From an uncultured Planctomycetota bacterium (lineage in GTDB: Bacteria > Planctomycetota > Planctomycetia > Isosphaerales > Isosphaeraceae): DNA of 64,000 nt. Below, piece by piece: positions 10,376 to 19,333 of this stretch. The stretch spans positions 9,889 through 73,888 of the forward strand of contig CAWJTV010000017.1 in the NCBI GenBank assembly GCA_963845755.1, given 5' to 3'. A program made the translations under genes and the position numbers. Each line of letters begins with the position of its first letter. The first letter of the stretch is position 1. Under the pieces are notes generated by a model that did not search any database, had not been told where the DNA came from, and was given only the letters and a program-made list of their open reading frames with translations.

Positions 10376-10717
10376 ATGGAAAACACGCTCGTCGGTCTCC
10401 CGGTGATCGATTCCTGCGACGGCTGCGGTGTGTGCTGTCTGGTCGTCACTCACCCTCCGTTCTACAGCGTTTTCGACGACTTCGGCGAGGAGGCGTGGGA
10501 ACGCCTCAAGCGAGAGCGACGCGATCTATTGCTGGGGATCGTGGCGGACTACAGGGCTCGTCGCGCAGATGGAAGTCCTCTCGTCGGAACGCCCTGCCTC
10601 TGGTATGACGCCGAATCCAGGCGCTGTCGTCACTATGAATACCGGCCGCTCGCTTGCCGAGAGTTCGAAGTCGGTGGCGAGGATTGCCGCGACGCCAGAC
10701 GGCGGGCGAGGATCTGA
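10376..10717 (+). CDS. YkgJ-family cysteine-cluster (CxxCxxCC) protein
   Basis: CDGCGVCC...PCLWYD...CRHYEYRPLACREF. Confidence 0.85.
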   Translation: MENTLVGLPVIDSCDGCGVCCLVVTHPPFYSVFDDFGEEAWERLKRERRDLLLGIVADYRARRADGSPLVGTPCLWYDAESRRCRHYEYRPLACREFEVGGEDCRDARRRARI

Positions 10718-11051
10718 AGGCGATTCCGGAAGGTCCGGTTCGCAGCCCAGGTGTCGGTGAAACCCACCGACATCAGCCGCTGGCTTGTGGTGCGTTTCAT
10801 CCACCCTGCGAAAAATGGCGGGCGAACTCCGGACTACTGTCATTTTGGCAGTCGATGCCGCTGCGCATGTCCAGGATGTTCTGGGCTAACTTCAAATGTT
10901 CCAAATGGTTAAGTAGAATAATCCGACCGGTACGCAGCTTGCTTATGAGGTCCTTCTGCGTCGTCAACGGGAACGGCTGACCCCGCGCCCAGCCGGATCC
11001 GAGCGGCGAGCGGCCCTCATCGTCAGGACTCTCGAGGAATGGGGAAGCGCA

Positions 11052-12959
11052 ATGGCTACCGTGAGCGATCGCCAGGAATTCAAGTTTCAAGCCGAGATCA
11101 AGCAGCTCTTGCATCTCTTATCGCACTCGCTGTATCAGAGCCGTGAGATTGCGGTTCGCGAGTTGATTTCGAACGCCTCCGATGCGCTCGACAAGATGCG
11201 GTACGTGACCCTCACCGACGAGTCACAACGCGACGCCGGACCGCTCGAAGTTGTCATCGAGGGACGGGAGGCGGATCATCAACTCATCATCCGGGACACC
11301 GGAATCGGGATGACCCACGACGAGCTGGTCACGAACCTGGGGACGATCGCCCACAGCGGGTCGGTCGAGTTCCTCAAGGCCATGGCCTCGAACACCCAGG
11401 CGAAGCCGGAAGTGTCGCTGATCGGCCAGTTCGGTGTCGGGTTTTACTCGTCGTTCATGATCGCCGATCGCGTCCGGGTCCGATCGCGAAGCTACACGGA
11501 GGAAACCGGCTGGGAATGGGAGTCGGATGGGACCGGGAGCTTCAGCATCACGCCGGCCGACGCGCCGTTGTCGCGCGGCACCGAGGTGATCCTCCACCTC
11601 AAGGAGGACGCCAAGGACTTCGCGGCACAGTGGCGGATCCAGGACATCGTCCGGCGCTTCTCAAGCTTCGTCCCGCATCCGATTCGCCTCGGCGAAGGCG
11701 GCGAGATCCTCAACGATCAGAAGCCGATCTGGGTCGAGCCCAAGAACCAGGTCACCGACGAGCAGTATGCGCGGTTCTATCAGCATTTGACGCACCACCC
11801 TGAAGAGAAGCCGCTCTGGCATCTCCACATGGCGGCTGACTCGCCGATCCAGTTCCGTGCGATCGTGTATTGCCCGCCGACGAACCTCGAGCGTCTCGGA
11901 TTCACCCGGCTTGAACACGGTCTGAGCCTCTGCGCAAAGCGCGTGCTCGTGCAGTCCGAGTGCCGGGAACTCGTGCCGGACTATCTCCGCTTTCTCCGCG
12001 GCCTGGCGGATTCCGAAGACCTGCCACTGAATGTCTCGCGCGAGACGCTCCAGGACAACAGCGTGATTCGACGGATTCGGACCTCGCTGATCAAGGCAGT
12101 CCTCGACCGCCTGGACCATCTCGCTCGGGAGCAGCCCGACACGTTCAAGACGTTTTACGAACAGTTCGGCGCCCTGTTGAAGGAGGGTTTGATCGTCAAC
12201 CCTCTGAACAAGGAGCGAATCGCCAAACTGCTGCGATTCGCGTCAACTCGGGGCGAGTCGCCCACGGAGACCGTTTCGCTCGACGATTACCTCGCGCGGA
12301 TGCCGGAGGGCCAGAAGCGGATCTATTACCTGGGCGGACCGGACTACGCCTCGATCGCCAAGAGCCCCAACCTCGAAATCTTCCGCAGGCGTGGGTTGGA
12401 GGTGCTCTATCTAACCGAGCCGATCGACGAGTTCGCCATCACCGCACTCCAGTCGTTCCAGGGCAAAGAGCTGACCTCGATCGACTCGGCCGACCTCGAT
12501 CTGCCGGACGTGGGCGAGACCGCCTCGGGGACGACTGTTGAGGAGCCGAAAGCCATCGAGAGCGGCTTCGCCCGGGTCCTCGATCTGTTCCGCGCCGCGC
12601 TGGGAAATCGCGTCAAGGAGGTCCGGGAATCCAAGCGGCTGATCGACAGTCCCTGCTGCCTGGTCAATGCCGAGGGGGGACTGAGCACCCAGATGCAGCG
12701 CATGCTGAAGATGGCCAACAAGGAGTTTCCCGAGACGTCCCGGATCCTCGAACTCAATCCTTCGGCGCCGTTGATCCGACGACTCTCCAACCTCAGCGGC
12801 AACGATCAGCACGAGGCTTTCATCAAGCAATGTGCCTTGCAGCTCTGGACCAACGCGCTGATCCTCGAGGGCGTGACACCCGACCCCGAGGATCTGGTCG
12901 CGAGAGTTCAGGCGTTCATGGCCGAGGCCGCCGAGAAACGGTCGCCGCTGATTCTGTGA
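11052..12959 (+). CDS. htpG: Molecular chaperone HtpG (Hsp90)
   Basis: FQAEIKQLL, RELISNASDALDK, DTGIGM, NLGTIAHSG, IGQFGVGFYS, DLPLNVSRETLQ. Confidence 0.97.
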   Translation: MATVSDRQEFKFQAEIKQLLHLLSHSLYQSREIAVRELISNASDALDKMRYVTLTDESQRDAGPLEVVIEGREADHQLIIRDTGIGMTHDELVTNLGTIAHSGSVEFLKAMASNTQAKPEVSLIGQFGVGFYSSFMIADRVRVRSRSYTEETGWEWESDGTGSFSITPADAPLSRGTEVILHLKEDAKDFAAQWRIQDIVRRFSSFVPHPIRLGEGGEILNDQKPIWVEPKNQVTDEQYARFYQHLTHHPEEKPLWHLHMAADSPIQFRAIVYCPPTNLERLGFTRLEHGLSLCAKRVLVQSECRELVPDYLRFLRGLADSEDLPLNVSRETLQDNSVIRRIRTSLIKAVLDRLDHLAREQPDTFKTFYEQFGALLKEGLIVNPLNKERIAKLLRFASTRGESPTETVSLDDYLARMPEGQKRIYYLGGPDYASIAKSPNLEIFRRRGLEVLYLTEPIDEFAITALQSFQGKELTSIDSADLDLPDVGETASGTTVEEPKAIESGFARVLDLFRAALGNRVKEVRESKRLIDSPCCLVNAEGGLSTQMQRMLKMANKEFPETSRILELNPSAPLIRRLSNLSGNDQHEAFIKQCALQLWTNALILEGVTPDPEDLVARVQAFMAEAAEKRSPLIL

Positions 12960-13057
12960 GTCGCTCTGCTCCCGTGTCCAGTTTTCAGCAACAGACGGCA
13001 CTCGGGGCCATGCTGAAGACCGAAAACTGAACACGGAAAACTGGTACGAGGCGAACG

Positions 13058-13636
13058 TCAACCACCATGGTCCCAGTTGAAGTAGAAGGGGAATGGAAAG
13101 GGGCCCGGTCCCGGCGCAATCGGATCGAGATCGTAAATGGGGACGTAGGTGCCCATCTGATAGTACATGCCGACCGGACGCCAGGGATGCGCCAGACCCT
13201 GGAAGAAACGCAATGGTCTGGGCCACGGCTTGCTGGAAGAATCGATGGTGTTCTGGCCGGGCGAGCCATACCAGAACGGGTAGATGCTTTGCGTGTCGGG
13301 TGTCTTCCAGCCCAGGCCATAGAGACCCTGAGATCGGAACCAGTTGATATGGGTGAGCAAGCCCCGGTCGCCGTATCGGGTCCGGTAGAAGTAATCGCGG
13401 CGCGGGTCGGGTGGCAGGAACTCGGGAGTTCCAGCATCGCGCATCACCAGGCCACTGCGCTCGGTAATTTCGGGGACCTGGGGAACGGGCGGCTGTGCCG
13501 AAGCGGAGGTCGGCAGTAACATCCAGAGCCCCAGTACGACGAAGCCGGCACGCAGGAGCGAATGCCGGCTCTCCTCATCTCGGCCGCTTGACGGCCTGAA
13601 GGTGGTGATCCCACACCTGAGTCTTAGTCGTTTCAT
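13058..13636 (-). CDS. Hypothetical exported protein, aromatic/Pro-rich
   Basis: AAGGAG RBS; hydrophobic segment ending SASA-Q; no known domain recognised. Confidence 0.7.
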   Translation of the reverse strand: MKRLRLRCGITTFRPSSGRDEESRHSLLRAGFVVLGLWMLLPTSASAQPPVPQVPEITERSGLVMRDAGTPEFLPPDPRRDYFYRTRYGDRGLLTHINWFRSQGLYGLGWKTPDTQSIYPFWYGSPGQNTIDSSSKPWPRPLRFFQGLAHPWRPVGMYYQMGTYVPIYDLDPIAPGPGPFPFPFYFNWDHGG

Positions 13637-13897
13637 GGATCTCGACTCCTTCCTCGACGTTCCCATCCTGGGAAGGGGAATTCATCTCACAGCAAAGTCC
13701 GGCGTGGGAGACGTGCCCCGCAGGGGCGTCCACGCCGTCGCCGTCGTCTCAAGTCCATCCAGGTTGTATCCGCCGCGATCCGATTGACCGTCCGAGCCCG
13801 GCCGGCCGCCCCGCCCGCCGTCCGCCGCCGGGAGGCGATGGACGAGCAGGCGGATTGGGATCGGTCGGTGTGCCTCCCACGGCATCGAGCATCCCGC

Positions 13898-14794
13898 TCA
13901 CGGATCGAACGGATTCATGGGTGGGAAGGCAAAGAATTCGCGCGGCGACCGCGTGGGTACGACATAGGGGACGTACCCCGGGGTAATCGGGACCGGGCCG
14001 CCCGCGCCGACGAAGTAATCCACCTTTTGCCGATGGAGCAATCCGGTCAGCATACCCAATTTACCCTGGAGTCCGGAGAGACAGTGGGAGCAACCCTTGC
14101 CCCCGCAGAACGAGCAACCATGGCCCCGGCCTCGACCGCCGCACAGGTTGCACCCCGGATCCCCGCAGCCATTGCCGGCGTGAGACCCTTTGCCGTGGTG
14201 ATGTTTGCCGCGAATCGCACAACCGGGATCGCCGCACACCGACTGGCCGGACGGTTGGACCACAGCGGTGCCGATTGGTGCGGACTGAGTGGTCGCGAGG
14301 ACGCACTGTCCGATAGGCGCGCCGCCATGGTGCTTCCCGAACCCGTGACCGCAATTCGTCCCACTCTCACACCCGGGGACCACGCATGCGGAGCCCGGGT
14401 CAATCGGCGCGAAACGACCGGCTCCGTGGTGTCCCCAGCCGTGACCGCCGCCACATCCCGGTCCATCGCAATCCGCCCCGTGAGCCCCGTGACCGAACAA
14501 TCCCTTCAAGCAGCCGGACCCCGGTCCATGTCCACAGCCCAGGCAGCCCAGGAGTGCGTGCCTCCGGCAGCCCGCGCAGCCCAGCAGGCCACCCTTGGCA
14601 TAGTGGCCATACGGGATCGGCGGCGCCTTCATCTCCTGGCCCGTTGACAGATCGACGGCCGCGACCGTCCTGGGAACCGTGTAATGGAGGCGGTAGCCAT
14701 CCGCCCGGGTCATACTGACCCAGCCCTGGCTCAGTCCCATGACGGCGGCCAGTGCGATCGTCAGTGGCATCCCTCGCCTATTCTCGAAGCGCAT
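13898..14794 (-). CDS. Hypothetical exported Gly/Cys/His-rich protein
   Basis: Signal-peptide-like N-terminus; CxxC motifs (CAGC, CLGC, CNLC, CSFC, CSHC) and His clusters. Confidence 0.75.
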   Translation of the reverse strand: MRFENRRGMPLTIALAAVMGLSQGWVSMTRADGYRLHYTVPRTVAAVDLSTGQEMKAPPIPYGHYAKGGLLGCAGCRRHALLGCLGCGHGPGSGCLKGLFGHGAHGADCDGPGCGGGHGWGHHGAGRFAPIDPGSACVVPGCESGTNCGHGFGKHHGGAPIGQCVLATTQSAPIGTAVVQPSGQSVCGDPGCAIRGKHHHGKGSHAGNGCGDPGCNLCGGRGRGHGCSFCGGKGCSHCLSGLQGKLGMLTGLLHRQKVDYFVGAGGPVPITPGYVPYVVPTRSPREFFAFPPMNPFDP

Positions 14795-15269
14795 GGTCTA
14801 TCCCTTACTTGACTTCCATGAGGCCCTCCTGGAATATTCCGAATCCGGCGAGCGACGGACGTGTCCCAGCCTTCCTGCGCCGGACGACACGATCAGCCCG
14901 GCCCACACGAACCGATCCTTCCGGCCCGAGGATCATCGATCCGACCGGTCGGGGTCTCGGCCCTACCGCTCGACGACGCGACCCCATGCCGATTGACCCG
15001 ATGGAACCTGGACGCGCAACGAAGGTCTCGTTCGATCCAGGCGCCGGTGCTACGTCAACCGGAGGAAACGATCGGTCAGAGTTGAGTACCGGCTTCCGCC
15101 GGTGTTCTCCGCAGGACTGCGGGACCCCAACCGATCGATTGAAGATTGACGGATCACCAGGCGGCTCGCCGGGTTCATGGCGCGGCGACGGCTTCGGTCC
15201 GTGACTTGGCCTTGTGTCTCTGGATCGGTTCAGAACCCCGCTCTTCTCGATCGAATCCCAGCGGCGGCG

Positions 15270-15314
15270 AAAAAATAAAGACCGGTCCCCCGTCACAAGC
15301 GAAGGGACCGGTCT
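15270..15314 (-). terminator. Intrinsic terminator downstream of the 15408-16367 gene
   Basis: Stem AGACCGGTCCC/GGGACCGGTCT followed by TTATTTTTT on the minus strand. Confidence 0.7.
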
Positions 15315-15407
15315 ACTCTCTCCTGGGCCGCCGGAATCCGAGCCGCCAGGTCGTGCGAGGCGGCTGATCCCGACGCTCCCGATCGCGTCCACATGACGGC
15401 TCGTGGG

Positions 15408-16367
15408 TTATCGACTCGTCCCTTTGCCGTAAACCACCGAGGCCGGCAGCTCCGTCACCTTCTGGGTGGGATCTCCGTAGGCGATCGCCGCGTGTTTCTC
15501 GCGTTGCCGCTCCTCACGCTCTTCGCGATGCGCCCCGAATCGAGGGATGGAGAACACGTGGCTGAGAATATGCGGCCGGTCGTGTCCAGGACCGGACATG
15601 GCACTCTGGGCGGGAGGCAAGGCGGAGGGGACGACTGCGGGGTCGTAAGGCCCTGCGCCCGGCCGAGGTGACATCGCGGCCATCCGGGGATCTGCCCAGG
15701 GATTCATCCCGCCACGGGCCAGACCGATCGGCGTCGGTTCGGCCGACGATCCTGGTCCGCCCACGATGGCGTAGCCGGCCGCATCCTCGGGTCCGCCAGG
15801 ACCGATCACGGCGTATCCGGCCTCCTGCGATCCATTCACGACCACGCCCCGAGGATCGTTCATGACCATTGGACCGGTCACCATCGCCGGTCCCTGATAG
15901 ACCATGCCCGCTTGACTGGGGGGCGGCGGAATATCGATCCCGTCGTGCGCCTTCACCCGGGCGCGCTGGCACTCCACGCAATGCCTCCAACCGAACAGCC
16001 CTTTATGATGGTGCTGGGCGGGCACCGGCTGGTTCTCCCCGACAGCGGTGGGAGTCGAGGATAGATAGCCGACCGAAGGCTGAGAACCCATCGCCGATGG
16101 ATTACCACCGGATGACTGGTAGCCTACAGGTAGAGGATAGGCGCCGACCGGCTGGGAGCCGGCGGATGGCACATAGCCCGACGGCTGGTAACCCGCCGAC
16201 TGAGGATACCCGCCGGAGGGCGAGGGCATCGGCGCGGACTGCAGGCGGATCGTGGGCTGCGCCACGGCGCCTGCTTGGCCGTCGTCGGGTGCGGCCCAGA
16301 CGGGTAGGGTAGGGACCGCCAGCGCCAGCCCGCAAAGACTCACGGCCAACCGAGAACGTGAAAGCAT
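15408..16367 (-). CDS. Hypothetical exported Pro/Gly-rich protein with short internal repeats
   Basis: MLSRSRLAVSLCGLALAVPTLPVWA signal peptide; SxGYxP-like hexapeptide repeats; HHH..CVEC. Confidence 0.75.
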   Translation of the reverse strand: MLSRSRLAVSLCGLALAVPTLPVWAAPDDGQAGAVAQPTIRLQSAPMPSPSGGYPQSAGYQPSGYVPSAGSQPVGAYPLPVGYQSSGGNPSAMGSQPSVGYLSSTPTAVGENQPVPAQHHHKGLFGWRHCVECQRARVKAHDGIDIPPPPSQAGMVYQGPAMVTGPMVMNDPRGVVVNGSQEAGYAVIGPGGPEDAAGYAIVGGPGSSAEPTPIGLARGGMNPWADPRMAAMSPRPGAGPYDPAVVPSALPPAQSAMSGPGHDRPHILSHVFSIPRFGAHREEREERQREKHAAIAYGDPTQKVTELPASVVYGKGTSR

Positions 16368-16723
16368 GAGGGAACTCCTTTCCCCGGTTCGCGGCCGGCC
16401 ACGCGCCGAATCTCTGCGCGGGCCGGGACCTTCCGAACCAAAGCGGTGAACGGTGGCTCGGCCATCCTGTGAGCTCAGACCTGGCCCGGCCAAGAAGAGG
16501 GAATCCATCCCCGGACCGAGACGCCGCGGCGCGACACGCGCCTCGCCGTGACGATAGCGCGCGATCACGCCACTTCGAAATTCGGCCTTTTCCTATATCC
16601 CCTATGATCGGCACAACCTGGCTGGTTCTTGCGAGATTCCTCCCGACTCACCGGCTGTGCCAGGTGCTCATCTTGGCTGTCATGGTCGAATGGGAATCGG
16701 GATCAGGGCCATGCACGCCCAGG

Positions 16724-17783
16724 TCAGAAGCTGTCCGCGCTGATGACCTCGCCCCCATTGCGACTCCCCAATCCCTGCCAGACGAGTACGCTGACGGTAT
16801 TCTTGATGAACTGGACATGACCGTCACAGGACAACGCATTGACGCCGCCGGGATGCAAGCTCCGTGAGGTAATGTTCTGCGAGAGCCAGTTCCAGATGGG
16901 ATCGGTCCGATTGCTGTGGGGGAGACCGCCTCGGCAGTCGGGCCGGGGATCGTTGGGAGGGCGCCGGTGGTTGTACAGGCTATGCCCCGGGGCTCCGTAG
17001 TGCCATCGAACGCCCCGCGTGTCCTGGAACTGAGTCGTCGATGACGGAAGGCTCAGGCACATCGAGACATAGTCGGCGTCGGAAGTGATCGGCGGCCCGG
17101 TCGTGCTGTTGTTGCCCGTGATCAGAAAAACGTTCAGCGGATTGTTGGCGTAGGTCGAGCCCAGGGTCGAACGGATCGTCTCGGCAACGGCGACCGTATT
17201 GGACATGCCGTCGATGATCGCCGCTGGCGAGAGAGCCGTGTTCTCGAAGAGGACTCCGTTCGGGAGATCGGTCAGAGGCGCCGCGGGTCTCGGCACGACG
17301 GAATAACCCGAGCCGGTATTCATCGGATAATTATGGGTCGCATACGAGCCGTTGCTGACCGGGATCAGCACCGCCGCCGAGTCGCTCGGACAGATCAGGG
17401 CGTTGAGGAACGTGGTGAACCCAGTCACGTTCGCGGCGGCCAGGGTTGTCGTCGGGTCGGTATCGGGCGGCAGGTTGAAATTGAAGCAGTTGAACAAGAC
17501 CTGTTCCTCGAGCTGCGGTAGGATCTCGGCGTAAGCCCCCCAGCAATTCCCCTGGCCGGTGATGTGGCTATTCACGCGACCCGGAGGAAAGACGTTGTAG
17601 GCCGACATGTAGTTGTTCAGGGCCAGGCCGATCTGTTTCAGGTTATTGACGCATTGGGCGCGTTGCGCGGCCTCGCGCAGCCTGGACGGCCGGCAACAGC
17701 AGTGCGATCAGCACGGAGATGATCGCGATCACGACCAGAAGCTCGATCAGGGTGAATGCGGTTCGGGCCCGTTTCGGAAGCAT
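16724..17783 (-). CDS. DUF1559 prepilin-type N-terminal cleavage/methylation protein with H-X9-DG motif (frameshift near 17675)
   Basis: [27 protein letters not shown], then [33 protein letters not shown]. Confidence 0.93.
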
Positions 17784-17811
17784 TGAACATACCTCGCTCA
17801 GAAATCTGGAA

Positions 17812-17914
17812 GACAGGATGATGTCAGTGATGGACATGATCGTGTCGAGAGGTCGAAATTGTAGGACTTTCCCGTGCGTGATACAATCGTGTAGTGCTGG
17901 AACATGATCCTGGC
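17812..17914. promoter_or_regulatory. Four GACA-N6-TGTC-like palindromes (putative XRE operators)
   Basis: GACAGGATGATGTC 17812, GACATGATCGTGTC 17833, GATACAATCGTGTA 17880, AACATGATCCTGGC 17901; 21-bp spacing within each pair. Confidence 0.6.
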
Positions 17915-17925
17915 GAGTGATTCCC

Positions 17926-18119
17926 ATGCCGGTGAATGAGGTACGGGCCCACCGGATTCGCCGAGGCTGGTCGCAGGAAGATCTGACGAAGCGGGCGGGG
18001 ATCAGCGCGATCGAGACGGGCCGACTGGTGCTTTCGACGGCGGCCGCTCTTGGGCTCGACTCAGCCCTGGCGTGTACCGTCGAGGCCCTCTTTGGGTTGC
18101 CGGGGACGCCGCCAGTGGA
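17926..18119 (+). pseudogene. Truncated duplicate of the XRE-HTH regulator at 27601
   Basis: About 270-bp paralogy with 27526-27809; 15-nt deletion removing SGLSR from the HTH; ligand-binding domain absent. Confidence 0.85.
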
Positions 18120-18163
18120 AAAACGTGAGGGGCGACTCGTGTTCCAAAGAATGTGCCAGATCG

Positions 18164-18406
18164 ATGTCCGCACAAGCTTCCGTCAAGCGACTGATCATCG
18201 ACTTGAGCTCGGACCAGCCGAGGGTGCGCCAGGCCGAGGCGCGGGCGGTCTGGGGGCGGTATAGCCAGGAATTGCTCGCCCGGGCCCGCCATCATCTCTC
18301 GGCGAGGATTCGCGGCAGGGTGGACGAGGAAGACGCCCTCCAGAGCCTGGACAAGAGTTTCTGTCTCCGCCCGCGCCGGGGAGACTTCGATCACGCCAAC
18401 CGCTAA
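18164..18406 (+). pseudogene. ECF sigma factor N-terminal remnant
   Basis: AVWGRYSQELLARARHHLSARIRGRVDEEDALQS matches sigma region 2 of planctomycete ECFs; stops early. Confidence 0.7.
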
Positions 18407-18688
18407 TATCGTGAGACGACTCCTCTGATGAACCAGTTTGGCGTGTGGTGATCGTATCGACAGAGGTGGCACTTGGCCCCGCGAATCCTTTGTCAAATCG
18501 CTCCGATTTCCTCGCTCTGCGTCAGGCCGCTGACGGTGCTCGCCCACGTCCCGGTCCCAAAACCATCATGTCCGACTTCTCCGGCTGCTTCCGGCCCGAT
18601 TCCACATGGTAGTCTGTTCGGTTCTTTTCTGCGCGTTTCTTGTCCCCAATCCCCGGGGCCGTCCGGTTAAAGGGATATGGTGGCAATC

Positions 18689-19330
18689 ATGGCCGAGTTA
18701 CCCGACAGAAGCGACACGACGCGGTTGATCGAGCAGGCCGTGCGGGGCGACCAGCAAGCGCTCGGAAAACTGCTGAGCCGCCATCGCGAGCGGCTGCGTC
18801 GCATGGTCGCCCTGCGGCTCGACTGGCGGTTGCGGGGGCGCGTTGACCCATCTGATGTCCTCCAGGAGGCGTGTCTCGATGCGGCCCGACGACTGCCGGA
18901 GTACCGCAAGAACCCCACGATGCCGTTCTTCCTCTGGCTCCGGTTCCTGGCCGGCCAGCGGCTGGTGGACGAGCACCGGAAACACCTGGGCGCCGGCCGC
19001 GACGCCGGCCGCGAGATCAGCCTCTACCATGGCGCCCTGCCCGAGACGAGCTCCGCCGCGCTGGCGGCCCAATTGCTCGGGCGCCTCACCACGCCGAGCC
19101 AGGCCGCCATCCGGGCGGAGCGGAAGATCCGCCTCGAGGAGGCGCTCAAGCGGATGGACCCGATTGACCGCGAGGTCCTGGCCCTGCGCCACTTCGAGGA
19201 GCTGAGCAACACGGAGGCGGCCGCGGTGCTCGGCCTGGACAAGTCGGCCGCGAGCAAGCGCTATGCCCGTGCCTTGCTCCGTCTCAAGGAGATCCTGACC
19301 TCCATGCCCGGTGGCCTCGACGAGGTATGA
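18689..19330 (+). CDS. ECF sigma-70 factor, planctomycete type
   Basis: RLRRMVALRLD..LRGRVDPSDVLQE, TPSQAA, DREVLALRHFEELSNTEAAAVLG. Confidence 0.93.
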   Translation: MAELPDRSDTTRLIEQAVRGDQQALGKLLSRHRERLRRMVALRLDWRLRGRVDPSDVLQEACLDAARRLPEYRKNPTMPFFLWLRFLAGQRLVDEHRKHLGAGRDAGREISLYHGALPETSSAALAAQLLGRLTTPSQAAIRAERKIRLEEALKRMDPIDREVLALRHFEELSNTEAAAVLGLDKSAASKRYARALLRLKEILTSMPGGLDEV

Positions 19331-19333
19331 GCC

